From Mobula birostris (lineage: Eukaryota): a stretch of 64,000 nucleotides of DNA. A program made the position numbers and the translations under genes. The stretch covers positions 98,881,899 through 98,945,898 of the forward strand of contig NC_092380.1 of NCBI RefSeq assembly GCF_030028105.1, read 5' to 3'. Shown here in pieces: positions 53,101-63,107 of this stretch. The notes beneath the pieces were generated by a model, which saw nothing but the letters and a program-made list of their open reading frames with translations, made no database searches and was not told the DNA's origin. The first letter of the stretch is position 1, and each line of letters starts with the position of its first letter.

Positions 53101-54709
53101 CTTGGACAGGAACACAAAACATTCCATGGTTTCAGGAATTTGTAATTCCCAAAACCTGCCACTGTGTGAGAAACATATAGAAATTCATCCTCTGGTGTAT
53201 TCACTTATTCAGGATTTGAGTTCAATATGCTTTGACGCCCACAATGTGTCTTTGACATAGACAAAATTCCAGCCCAAGACTTCCAACCTAAAGGTTAATA
53301 ATTATCACAAGGAAGTCTGGATTTATTAATTTTCCTCATTTGCCAGCCAGGAAATTCTCCAAGAATGATCACATATCCCATCTTCAGATGAATTCATTCA
53401 TACAGGTCATAAACCCTGCCCAGTCCACTATTTCCAAACTATGGTACCACTTTCCACTTCCTCAGTGAAAGACATTTTCAAGGATCTGGTATCACTATAT
53501 ACAAAAGGTCAGAACCTATTTTAAAAGCACAAAATAAACCCAACCATCAACAAAGTTAGAATGAGATTTTGAACTCCTTTGATTTATCTATGGTCAATTG
53601 TACCAACCTCCAAGAGGACCACAACCATGTCGTTGGGTTTGGAGGCCTTAATGACCTGGAGGGCTATGTTGGCTGGAGTCAGGGCCTTATGCTTTGGCTC
53701 CCAGTAGGGTCACCCATGCCAAAGAGGTCAAAGGGTAAAGGCTAGTCTAAGAGTGGTCCACCCACCGGTCCTCCAGGTTTGAGGGTTCAGCTTGGGCTAA
53801 CAACCCTGACTGGTAAAACAAAATTGTTACAGAAACAGCAATGACGAACTCTTCTCCATCTGTGTACGACGGCATTCCTGACTTGCATGACTAACAGTAC
53901 TGAAAACCTACTGACAAGATGAAGGAAGCCCTGAACACTGCCAGAGATGGAGGACCTTTGCTGCCCTAAATGTCAATGGCATAACAGGCAGTAAAAATGG
54001 TACCAAATGTGTGCTATAGGAACTTGCTGTGCTCTCCTTTCAATGCTCAGCCTATTGAAAACTCTTAAATGGTTAAAAACTCTTAAATGGAAAACTCTTA
54101 AGATGACCAAAGACAAGTTTTTGCCTCACAACATTCTTTTGGCACAAATGAAAAATCAAATTAATATCCATTAAAGAGATTGGCAGTGAAGGAAGCAGCA
54201 AATAAATGAGCAATGTTGCATCATGTATTACATGACAATGCTTCATTTCATACCTCTCAGGCAAAGTTGTCTTAACACTGTTCGTCCTCACGAAAGGAGT
54301 AAGAGAATCATCTTTGGAGGAAGGGATCAAACCAGTGGAGTTGTGATGACTAAGGCCACCTCCGCTGCCGAGAGAAACGTCAATGGATTCACAGCTGGTA
54401 TGCAGGCTGTTTACCGATTGATAACCAGGGCCCTCCTTACTAATGGTAGACGAACTGGTCAGACTGGCACCCCAGGGTGCACCATTGGAATGGACTGACG
54501 CTGGACTGGAAGCTAAGGGAGACTGTATCATGTCTGTGGTCTTGTTATAGAGTGGGCTGCTTCCTCCGCTGCCTAAGCATGACGGGGGAGAATCCAGGCT
54601 GCTCTGCTGGCTCATGGTGGCATGGGGATTGGAGATGATGGTGGAATTCTTCATGTTTTCAGCTGTTGTGACAGGCGCTTGCTTAGCACTTGGCTTGACC
54701 CCGAACAGT
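17031..54709 (-). CDS. NAV2: Neuron navigator 2, partial (8 internal coding exons; gene continues beyond both window ends)
   Basis: Exons splice in frame to ..[170 protein letters not shown]. This is colinear with vertebrate NAV2 as recalled, and all splice phases are consistent. Confidence 0.93.
17730..17922 (+). mobile_element. CR1 LINE 3' end
   Basis: GTGTGGAATGGGCTGC..GAGGGCTATG..GGGCCTGTATTGTGCTGTAGGTTTTCTATGTTTCTA tail. Confidence 0.75.
19157..19180 (-). CDS. NAV2: NAV2 24-nt microexon, phase 0/0
   Basis: Long T-rich tract then ttattttag|CCA GAG GAA AAG TCG CAG TCA GAG|gtaaga = PEEKSQSE, which bridges the two neighbouring exons as in NAV2. Confidence 0.9.
19350..19622. mobile_element. 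Two inverted Penelope-like terminal fragments with hammerhead-like motifs
   Basis: Plus copy 19350-19450 and minus copy 19490-19622 share GATGCTGCCTG..CTCCAGCATTT; each begins with a (C/A)TGATGA..GAAA motif. Confidence 0.7.
19780..20195 (+). mobile_element. CR1 LINE 3' fragment
   Basis: GGATGTTTCC..GGACCAGAGGGCATAGCCTC..GGTGGTGAATCTGTGGAATTCATTGCC. Confidence 0.75.
21440..22660 (+). mobile_element. Cluster of CR1 LINE fragments
   Basis: ORF remnant [26 protein letters not shown]; repeated 3' tails AATTCTGCTCCTATATCTTAT. Confidence 0.7.
24077..25647 (-). mobile_element. Near full-length Tc1 DNA transposon (1571 bp), inactive
   Basis: TIRs CAGTGGCATGCAAAAGTTTGGGCACCCC at both ends, TA duplications, internal repeats of the terminal motif at ~24271 and ~25450. 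Confidence 0.95.
24295..25283 (-). pseudogene. Tc1 transposase pseudogene (DD34E type)
   Basis: MGSSKQLPS start at 25283 followed by a deletion; [23 protein letters not shown] (catalytic D changed to G), [19 protein letters not shown]; premature stop. Confidence 0.9.
25650..26180 (-). mobile_element. CR1 LINE 3' fragment with internal duplication
   Basis: [30 protein letters not shown] then a second [12 protein letters not shown]; [15 protein letters not shown]. Confidence 0.85.
28426..28478 (-). CDS. NAV2: NAV2 internal exon, 53 nt, phase 1/0
   Basis: Acceptor cttgttgcag|TT; donor ACA|gtaagt; encodes [18 protein letters not shown]. Confidence 0.94.
28690..29390 (-). mobile_element. Rex1/Babar-like LINE 3' fragment
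   Basis: [31 protein letters not shown]. Confidence 0.75.
30320..30945 (-). mobile_element. Rex1/Babar-like LINE 3' fragment
   Basis: [38 protein letters not shown]. Confidence 0.8.
31460..32005 (+). mobile_element. CR1 fragment interrupted by a Penelope-like piece (~31527-31648)
   Basis: CR1-like AGGGATGACCTTATT..TTTCACAAAGGTTAGTGAATCT; insert GATGCTGGTCGACTCTCTGAATTCCTCCAACAG. Confidence 0.6.
33650..34710 (+). mobile_element. CR1 LINE, RT C-terminal part and 3' end
   Basis: [56 protein letters not shown]; decayed. Confidence 0.9.
35457..35755 (+). mobile_element. RTE-related short retroposon (second copy)
   Basis: Similar to 10531-10900. Confidence 0.7.
36710..37040 (+). mobile_element. 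Rex1-like LINE 3' tail
   Basis: TTCAGGAACAGTTATTAC..TCAACC..TTTGATAATAAACTTACTTTGAA; related copies at 37685-37990, 56190-56450 (-) and 58300-58505. Confidence 0.65.
37150..37338 (-). CDS. NAV2: NAV2 internal exon, 189 nt, phase 1/1
   Basis: Acceptor cttatcaacag|CG; donor GAA G|gttagc; encodes [63 protein letters not shown]. Confidence 0.95.
37685..37990 (+). mobile_element. Rex1-like LINE 3' tail
   Basis: Same family as 36710-37040. Confidence 0.65.
38020..38335 (+). mobile_element. V-SINE
   Basis: CCTGGGTTCAAACC B box; TGTGGAGTTCGCAGATTCTCCC; CR1-like tail. Confidence 0.65.
38600..38760 (-). CDS. NAV2: NAV2 internal exon, 161 nt, phase 2/1
   Basis: Acceptor tttccatag|G; donor CTA G|gtatga; encodes [53 protein letters not shown]. 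Confidence 0.94.
39735..39965 (+). mobile_element. Rex1-like LINE 3' end with (TCAAT)n tail
   Basis: [23 protein letters not shown] then a TCAATTCAATTCAA tail. Confidence 0.75.
40620..40835 (+). mobile_element. V-SINE
   Basis: GGCGTGGTAGTGTAGC..GGGTTCAATTCC..GAGTTTGTACATT..GGGTTTC..TTTCCTCC. Confidence 0.75.
43047..43091 (-). CDS. NAV2: NAV2 internal exon, 45 nt, phase 2/2
   Basis: Acceptor tccctacag|T; donor TTC AG|gtattg; encodes (S)[14 protein letters not shown](R), with the navigator RNTLPKKG motif. Confidence 0.92.
44870..45205 (-). mobile_element. CR1 LINE 3' end
   Basis: [38 protein letters not shown]; tail TTCTATGACTCTATGAC. Confidence 0.8.
45665..48175 (-). mobile_element. Rex1/Babar LINE, long degraded copy (split by the insert at 46235-46890)
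   Basis: [34 protein letters not shown]; similar to positions 1-1030. Confidence 0.88.
46235..46890 (-). mobile_element. ~650-bp CpG-rich non-autonomous retroposon with AATCT-type tail
   Basis: Reverse complement of 56620-57283 (GGAGGAGAAGA(T/C)GG..GGAACATCTGGAGAAACTTCTGAAATG..AATAAACGAGGACTGAGTGT.CTCATAATCTA). Confidence 0.85.
48700..49470 (-). mobile_element. Penelope-like element fragments (partial tandem copies)
   Basis: Terminal motif CTGAAGAAGGGTCTCGACCC; purine-rich segment repeated at ~48945-49130 and ~49232-49410. Confidence 0.7.
50220..50468 (-). mobile_element. V-SINE
   Basis: GTAAGGAGTTTGTATG..TGGGTTTCCTCTGGGTGCTCCCATTTCCTCCCACAGTC. Confidence 0.75.
50862..50927 (-). CDS. NAV2: NAV2 internal exon, 66 nt, phase 2/2
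   Basis: Acceptor ccttgtag|C; donor GAC AG|gtaatg; encodes (S)[21 protein letters not shown]. Confidence 0.93.
52540..52828 (-). mobile_element. Penelope-like terminal fragment
   Basis: GAAGGGTCTTGGCCCGAAACGTTGACTG..CCAGCATCTGCAGACTTTCTCGTGTTT. Confidence 0.7.
53607..53995 (+). mobile_element. Internally deleted RTE-like retroposon (5' UTR joined to 3' end)
   Basis: RTE-like GGGCTAACAACCCTGAC..TAAAAC and 3' TGGAGGACCTTTG..TGCCCTA; imperfect 11-bp TSD AAT(T/G)GTACCAA at 53596 and 53996. Confidence 0.6.
54254..54709 (-). CDS. NAV2: NAV2 internal exon, 456 nt, phase 2/2
   Basis: Acceptor ttaaacag|A CTG TTC GGG; donor GAG AG|gtatga; encodes [32 protein letters not shown]...[13 protein letters not shown]...[20 protein letters not shown]. 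Confidence 0.95.
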
Positions 54710-55494
54710 CTGTTTAACAAAAACGCAAAAGACTTAAGTGGTGTCTTTAATTTCAACAACAATATTCTATTGTTCCACTGGAACAAACACCTGGAGGCAC
54801 AGGGAGGGTGGAAAAAAATCAGTTTACCAAATGACACAGCTGAGAAGTGCCAATATAAACTTTGACATATTCCAAACCAGCCCTTTGTTAAAAATGATTA
54901 AATGACTTTTTTTCAGAGACTTGTTCCTTTTCCCCTATGTCTAGACAGAACATAATACCTAATCCTCTCAATCCATTATTATTTTAAAGAAGTGGTGATG
55001 GATGAAGTGAAGGTCTTTTCATCGGGGTAACTTAACCTAGATAATGGTACAAGTGTTAAATTAATCCACAAATGTAAAAAGGTTTTTATCATTTAGATCT
55101 TTGTCCTGGACTGCTGCAAACAGTACGATTTTTATGAACCTCACATGTGGAATCTTGATTCAGGATTGTGGTTAAACTCAATTATGGAAAGGCTGGCTTT
55201 ATCATTTATTAACAAAATAAAGAAAGCATTATGTAATGTCAGTCTTTGGTTCCTGAGGAGATGTCTCTATTTTAAAATAGTGTAAAACATGCATTCACAT
55301 AGTGTCCTGAAGCATTCAAAATTGTACTAAGGTTTGTCAGGATAGGTACAAGGATGTTTTTTCCCTTGGCTGAAGTCTCTAGTCTTATAAGGAGTGGGAA
55401 GGCTCCTCACAGACTGGAAATAAAGTGTGTTGGTTCACTCACTGAGTACATCCCAGACAGTGATAAGGCAGATTTCAAAGGACAGAAAAAGAAA

Positions 55495-55917
55495 AGGTTT
55501 ACAAGGATGTTGCCGGGACTTGAGAAACTCAGTTACAGAGAAAGGTTGAATAGGTTAGGATTTTATTCCCTGGAGCGTAGAAGAATGAGGGGATGCAAGC
55601 AGGCTTTTTCCACTGAGGCAAGGGGAGAAAAAAACCAGAGGACATGGGTTAAGGGTGAGGGGGGAAAAGTTTAAAGGGAACATTAGGGGGGGCTTCTTCA
55701 CACAGAGAGTGGTGGGAGTATGGAATGAGCTGCCAGACGAGGTGGTAAATGCGGGTTCTTTTTTAACGTTTAAGAATAAATTGGACAGATACATGGGTGG
55801 GAGGTGTATGGAGGGATATGGTCCGTGTGCAGGTCAGTGGGACTAGGCAGAAAATGATCTGGCACAGCCAAGAAGGGCCAAAAGGCCTGTTTCTATGCTG
55901 TAGTTTCTATGGTTTCT
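55495..55917 (+). mobile_element. CR1 LINE 3' end
   Basis: RFTRMLPGLEKLSYRERLNRLGFYSLERRRMRG; FFTQRVVGVWNELP..FKNKLDRYM. Confidence 0.88.
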
Positions 55918-56587
55918 ACATGCTAACAACCTTCAGGCCACTCTACTCTTGACTTGGCGCTAATATTATTTTTTGTGACTCCATGTGCTAACGTGGCTAT
56001 ATATGCTGTGTGTGACTTGATACACTGTGTTTTGCACCTTGGCCCCAGAGGAACACTTGTTTCTTTTAGCTGTACATGTGTATGGTTAAATAATAATTAA
56101 AGTTGAACTTGATACACTGTTGAGGTAAAAACTATATTGTGTAAGTCAGTCCCACAAACTGGCATCAAGTTATAAATGGTCTGTTCTGTGTTCAAAGTAC
56201 AAAGTAAATTTATTATCAAAGTACCTACATGTCACCGAATACTACCCTGAGATTCATTTTCTTGTGGGCATTCACAGTTAATATAAAGAAATACAACAGA
56301 ATCAATGAAAAACCATACATACAAGCAACCAATGTACCAAAGGCAACAAACAGTACAAATACAAAACGGGGGGAAAAAAGCAAAAAACATTGAGAACATG
56401 AGTTGTAGAGTCCTTAGAAGTGAGCCCATAGGTTATGGAATCAGTTCAGTGTTGTATAAAGGTAAAGATTCTGCACACTAAAATCAGAAGACTGAAAACG
56501 TCAGGAAGAAAAGTACATAACAGGACATTTTTCTCGGTTACATAAATTACATATTAGCAATGGAGTACTATCCAAAGTTAAGTATGA

Positions 56588-56618
56588 GATTAGATTAGAT
56601 TAGATTAGATTAGATTAG
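56588..56618. repeat. (AGATT)n microsatellite
   Basis: Six tandem AGATT units. Confidence 0.9.
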
Positions 56619-56619
56619 G

Positions 56620-57283
56620 CGGAGGAGGAGAAGACGGCGGCATGACGCAGTGCGCGTGGCCGCTTCGGAATGATATTTGTATTTGTTAAGTAGGTACCGT
56701 GCACAATTCTGATTTGATGGAGACTGGCCTGAGAGCGCAAAGGAACATCTGGAGAAACTTCTGAAATGCCCGCTTCGCTGCCGCTGCTACAGTGTGGCTG
56801 GAACCTCCGGAAGATAGGCCTCTGAGTCCTCGGCTTTGCTTGTTTTGGCAGCCGGGACGAGGTCGAAGTCGCTCGGCAGAGGATGGTGCTCGGGAGGCTG
56901 TATCGGAGGCTTGAAGGTTTCAGATGGACTCAGTCGGCTGTGGTCGGGTGCTTCCAAAGTATCGGCAGTTGTCAGTTGCCGGTGCCTGGAGGTTTATGGC
57001 AGGGGAGTTTCTCCCTTTTTGCCGCCTGCTATCGGGGACTACAGGAGTTGATCGAGACTTGAGACATTTTTTACCGTGCCCATGGTCTGTTCTCTTTCAA
57101 ATTAGTTATTGTTTTGCACTGCTGTAACTATGTTATAATTATGTGGTTTTGTCAGTGTTAGTCTTTGGTTTGTCCTGTTTTTGTGTGAATATCACTCTGG
57201 AGGAACATTGTATCATTTCGTAATGCATGCATATGACAATAAACGAGGACTGAGTGTCCTCATAATCTAATAATCTAATCTAA
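56620..57283 (+). mobile_element. ~650-bp CpG-rich non-autonomous retroposon with (AATCT)n tail
   Basis: Same family as 46235-46890; AATAAA followed by CATAATCTAATAATCTAATCTAA. Confidence 0.85.
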
Positions 57284-57899
57284 ATGAATTTTACGGTTGT
57301 ATATGGTGACATATATGCATTTTACTAATACATTTATTTTGAACTTTGAAATGTGGAGCAATCCTGTGGGACTGAATGGCAGACTGCTACAATGCTTCCT
57401 TATGTTCTTTCATGAACATCTGATATTCTGAGGTGCTTTGAAACCAATGAAATACTTTTAAAGTCTAATTGCCAACGCAACATATGAAATCCAGTTTTCA
57501 CTCTGTGCATAGGCTGCTCCCACAAACAGCAAAACAAAAATATGCAGATAATTCAGTAAGAGTAACTTTTGATTGCAGAATGTATAAGTAAATGTTCCTG
57601 ATAGCCAGGTAGACTTGTTTCAGCTGTATTTTAGTGCATCCACAGAAATTGTTTTTTCAGCAACAGGTCTTTTGTTTTATTGATGCAAGTTGCAATAACT
57701 AAATAGAGTTTCAAAGAGGCAACTTCCATTTTCTGTTTTACTGATGGAATACATGGAACAAAAATCCTTGGCAAGGCATGTAGGAATTAGTCACAAACTT
57801 TTTAAACAGCAGAGAAGATTTGAGGAACAATATCATTGTTGGAACAGCAATACTGGAACAATATGGCTGACTAGTTTCTAATCTTTGGCTCATGTAATT

Positions 57900-58730
57900 A
57901 GAGTCATAAAACACTACAGCACAGAAACAGGCCCCTTGGCCCATCTAGTCCAAACTATTAATCTACCTAGTCCCATTGACCTGCACCTGAACCATGGCCC
58001 TCCATACCCCTCTCATCCATGTACCCATTCAAACTTCTCTTAGGTGTTGAAATTAAACCCACATCCACCACCTGAGTGAAGAGGTTCCACCTCACATTCC
58101 ACTTAAACATTTTCACTTTTAAGTCTTAACCCATGACCTCTAGTTCTAGATTTGTCCAACCTCAACTGAAAAAGCCTGCTTGCATTTATCCTATCTATAC
58201 CCCTCAATCTCTCCTCATTCTCCTACACTCTTGGGAATAAATTACCAATCTATTCAACATTGAGATGTTCACAAACCCAATGATATCACCTTAAGGACTT
58301 TTTAATCATGTTATTTAATATTCTTTCTATTTATTTATCTTTGCATTTGCAGTTTGTTCACTCCTGCACACTACTTGACCTTTCATTGATGCTCTTATAG
58401 TTACTATTCTATAGATTTACTGAGTATGCCCACAGGAAAAGGAATCCAGGGTTGTATGTGGTGACATATATGTACTCAGATAACAAAATTTACTTTGAAC
58501 TTTAATTCAGGTTCTCAAGTCCTAGCAACATCCTTGCCAATTTTCTCTGTACTCTTTTAATGTTATTGACATTTTTCTTGTCGACAGGTGAGCAGAACTG
58601 CACGCAATACTCCAAATCAGACCTCACTATCATCTTATACAACTTCAACATAACATCCAATACCTGTACTCAGTACTTTGATTTATGAAGGTCAATGTGC
58701 CAAAAGCTCTCTTTACAACCCCATGTACCA
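57900..58730 (-). mobile_element. CR1 LINE 3' fragment with nested LINE tail (~58270-58505)
   Basis: Reverse complement similar to 34070-34710. Confidence 0.8.
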
Positions 58731-58837
58731 ACAAGATTTAAGAAATTGGATAGAAACTCTCAATATTATGGATGGAGAGAAGTCAGTTTCTAATGAGAGA
58801 AAATTCAAAAAAATACAAGAGAAAATATCGTAAACAT

Positions 58838-58955
58838 GTGAAAGTCTGTAGATGCTGGAAATCCAGAGCAACACACACAATGCTGGAGGAAATTAGCAGG
58901 TCAGACAGTATCTATGGAAATGAAAAAACAGCCGAGACCCTTCTTCAGGACTCCA
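58838..58955 (-). mobile_element. Penelope-like terminal fragment
   Basis: GTCCTGAAGAAGGGTCTCGGC..TCCTCCAGCATTGTGTGTGTTGCTCTGGATTTCCAGCATCT. Confidence 0.65.
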
Positions 58956-60114
58956 GATGCGATGGAATACATTCTATGATGAAGCGAACAACTGTAAGAG
59001 AATTGGAAAGTGAAAAAAAATGGTAAATGGAAGAAAGCTAAAATGATAACACAGTGGAAGCAAATGAGACTGCATGATATGGACAGATAATTCCGAGAAG
59101 TGCATGTGGACTGACATAGCGTCAAAACAAGTGCAAGATTTCAAAGAAACACATAGTGATTAATATCAATATTTAAGAAGCAATTCTGTTTCTTTCATGT
59201 GGACACTGCAGCTATTAAATTACTAGTAAATCGCAAATATTTCATGTGATTAAATGTGGCAATATGGAAAACAGAGCAGTCGTTAAAGGTAATTTTCATA
59301 ATAGTGACATTTAGGATCAGGCTTACTTACCAAATTATTTTAATCAGCTTTCAAATTACTCCTCTTAATCACTTTCACTGTATTTTCCCATCAAGATTTT
59401 GACTGACTCTGGCTTGTTAGCTGTTTTTGTACTGTGCATTATTGTTCAACTAATGAATCCCAGGGGCTGATTTTTTTTTATATTCTTTGGATTTGCACAC
59501 TTCAGTTAATTTTTCATATCGTCAGCTCAATATCCCTTCTGAGCTTATAAGTTCAAATAGTACTTAATTGTTCATTAAATGGGCTGGAAGAGAGAGTCAG
59601 CCTTTGTCGCGTACACTAAATGCATAATGTTGAGTCCTGTTTGAAGTCAATGGAAGTGAATTTTAGATGGTTTAATATTGACCGAATAACTTCTCACAGA
59701 GTTTTGACAAGCTAAATGATTTCAGCAACTGTAAATCCTTGGTTAAACTTAAAACAGGGCATCTCCATTGCAATAAATTATGATTTTCCAACAAATGCAT
59801 GCCCAGTCAGACCTTATTCCAGTTACACAGGAAGCTTCACAAACAGCATTTACAAAAAAACATTATTTATTGCACAACATCAATGGTGTTTGAAACTTGT
59901 CTTACCGCTGGATGTCGACTAAACTGAGCCTCTTAAATTAATGCCTCCCTCTGAGAGAAATTCCCGTGAGGAGGCGTATGAGAAAGACATAATATGATAT
60001 TGCAGTAAGTGTGTAAACAATGATCTGATTTATCAGGGATTGGTCGCAGAAAACAGTTGAAAAGCTTGATGGTGATTCTCTTGCTTTATGTGAGTTGTAT
60101 CAGTGATCTGGATA

Positions 60115-60325
60115 TAAGACCATAAGACAAAGGAGCAGAGTTAGGCCATTCAGCCCATTGAGTCTGCTCTGCCATTCCATCATAGCTAATTTATTATCCT
60201 CTCAGTCCCATTCTCCTGCCTTTCCTCTGTAACCTTTGACACGAGTACTAATCAAGAACCTATCAACTTCCGCTTTAATTATACCCAATGACTTGGCCTC
60301 CACAGCTGTCTATGGTGATGAATTC
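60115..60325 (-). mobile_element. CR1 LINE 3' end
   Basis: Tail ATAAGACCATAAGACA; GGCCATTCAGCCCATTGAGTCTGCTC. Confidence 0.75.
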
Positions 60326-60601
60326 CCACATAATTACAAGACAAATTGCTTCCAACTGTCCCAAACATTTCTATTTTTTTTTCCAGAGATTTTTATCTAG
60401 GGTTTGTCTTTGTAGTCTCCAACAAATTTCACTTCTTGTTCTTTGTCCGCAAGTCTTAAAGTTGTTACTCATCGAATACTCATCCAGGTTTTTTTCAGGT
60501 GGAATGAATGTTTCTACAACAATGCCCCTTTAATCAGTGAGTCTCTCTTGTCACCCTCACTGAAAGAGTTTTCTGATTCTATTTTTCAGTACTATTGAAA
60601 C

Positions 60602-61143
60602 TATACTCAGTAGAAACTTTATTAGGTACACTTGTATATCTGCTCATTAATGCAAATATCTAATCAGCCAATCATTTGGCAGCAACTCAGTGCATAAAAG
60701 CATGCAGACATGGTCAAGAGGTTCAGTTGCTGTTCACAACAAATGTCAGAATGGGGAAGAAATGTGATCTAAGTGACTTTGACCATGGAATGACTGTTGG
60801 TGCCAGATGGAGTGGTTTGAGTATCTCAGAAACTGCCAATCTCCTGGGATTTTCACGCACAGCAGTTTCTAGATTACAGAGAATGGTGCAAGAAACAAAA
60901 AAAAAATCCAGTGACCAGTAGTTCTGTGGGCAAAAATGTTTTGTTATTGAGAGAGGTTGGAAGAAAATGAGCAGACTGGTTCAAGCTGACAGGAAGGCGA
61001 CAGTAACGCAAATAACCACACGTTACAACAGTAGTGTGCAGAAGAAAATCTCTGAACGCACAACACTTCGAAACTTGAAGTGGATGGGCTGCAGTAGCAG
61101 AAGACCGCGCCGTATTCCACTCCCAGACCTGATAAAGTGAGTT
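60602..61143 (+). mobile_element. Non-autonomous Tc1/mariner derivative
   Basis: MGKKCDLSDFDHGMTVGARWSGLSISETANLLGFSRTAVSR..LVQADRKATVTQITTRYNS..ISERTTLRNLKWMG; same family as 10005-10527. Confidence 0.85.
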
Positions 61144-61149
61144 CCTGTC

Positions 61150-62105
61150 TTATTCAAGATTCCAGATTGTTATTCTTCAGTACACAAGTGTAGTGGAGAA
61201 TGAAATGACTGTTTCTCTGGATCTGATGCAGTATATTAAAGAAACGCAATAAGCTGAAGAACAAAATTTGAAAAAAAACCAAAACTCTGCTGAGTTATTG
61301 ACTTCTCTGCTAAGGGAAATGGACCTTCTCCCCCACCCCACCTCCTATTCAAGATTGTTTAAGTTCATTTCCTATATACAAGTGTAAGGAGAACGAAATT
61401 ATTGTTACTCCGGCTCTGATGCAGCACAAAACTGAAGAAAAAGAACACAATAATACTAAAAAAAAACAATAAGTATAAATACATAAGACATAGATTGATT
61501 GTATGTCCATAAAGTGAAACCAGGCTGTACATAAGGTGACGGATGGGAAATAATAATGTAGTGGTGGAGTTAGTGGGTGGAGGTGTTGATCAGTCTTACT
61601 GTTTGGGGAAAGTAACTGTTTTTGAGTCTGGTGGTGCTTGCTTGGATGTTACATAGCCTCATCCCTGATGGGGTGGGACAAACAGTCAGTGAGCAGGATG
61701 TGTGGGATCCCACATGATGTTAGTGGCCCTTTTCTGACACCCTTCTGTATATATGTCCTTGATGGCGAGTAGACTGGTGCCAGTGATGTAGTTTTGACTT
61801 TCTGTTACAGAGCCTTCCCATCCACTGAAGTGCTGTTTCCGTACGAAGCAGTGATGCAGCTTGTTAGGATGCTCCCTACTGTGCATCTGTAGAATGATGT
61901 GAGTATGGATGTGCAAAGTCCAGCCTCCTCAGAAAGTAGAGGTGTTGGTGGACTTTCCTGAATGTGTTCTGGGACCGTGAGAGGTTGTGTGTGATGTGCA
62001 CTCCCAGGAGTTTGAAACTGCTTGCAGTTTCCAGAGCTGTGTTGCTGATGTAAAGGGGAGTGTGAGTGGTCTGAGTTCTCCTTAAGTTGATAACGATCTC
62101 CTTCA
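61150..62105 (-). mobile_element. Rex1/Babar-like LINE 3' fragment(s) with duplicated tail
   Basis: [31 protein letters not shown]; tail repeated at ~61150 and ~61346. Confidence 0.75.
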
Positions 62106-62756
62106 TCTTCTCATAATTTTGTATGTTTTAGTTAAATCTCCACACCTCTTCCTCTGTTCTAAAAGGAACTAATCAGTTGAGCTAATTTTGCCACATAACT
62201 AAATTTGTTCAGCTTTGCCAACATCTCCCTCCCACAATAGCCCCCCATTTTTTTTATCCATATGCCATTAGTCACAGGTCCTCAAACTTATGTTTACATG
62301 ATTGGAATTTTGGCAAATCATAGATATCATTTGCTCTCTGAACAAAACAGATGCAGTCCCAGACAGGTATGAGATAATCTTCCTATTTTAAGGACTGTAT
62401 CATATTCAATGAGGAATTAAATTATTTGCCTTTTTGAGTAATGTCCAAATCCTGGGTTGTCAATGTTACTTTTGAAATTTAAAATTAATGGTTAAAATAT
62501 TGTTTGCTTTCTAACTTACCTAAATGCTGGTAAATATATAATGGTATTTATGTGTATTGATGCACATTTTATTCCATATCTGTACATCTAACTTTATTTC
62601 TTATATAATTCTTTATTCTTTACAATTGTTGAATGTTGTTGACTTTTGTTACATGTCGTGCCCTGATACACAACAGCAAATTCCTAACACATGTAAATGT
62701 ATATGGCGAATAAAATTGATCCTTGATCCTTAGATGAAACCATTAATAGAATCATT

Positions 62757-63107
62757 GGGTGGCAACATGGAGATGCATCTCTACCAAAGGAGATGTAAGC
62801 CGCTCCTTCCCTCCGCTAGCCTGGGGGTCACCCTTGGGCAATGTGTGGCACCTGCTTTGCTCCCGATCAGGGTCCTGTGAAGCCATGGGAGCAGCTGGTG
62901 CATAACACAAGTCCTGGTTATATGACCACTGATGCCAGGCAGACAATCTCTGAAGAGTTTTCATAATGGCTGAGGTCACCCGTCTTGTAAAGACACTGCC
63001 CAGAAGGCAGCAATCGCAAACAACTTCTGTAGAAAAATTTGCCAAGAACAATCATGGTCAAAGACCACGATCGCCCATGTCATACGACACAGTATACAAT
63101 GATGAAT
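62757..63107 (+). mobile_element. RTE-related short retroposon (third copy)
   Basis: Similar to 10531-10900. Confidence 0.7.

Noticed and set aside
54073-54837. 254-aa ORF as a stand-alone gene
   Set aside because: Only 54254-54709 is coding (NAV2 exon with splice sites); the rest is open intron sequence.
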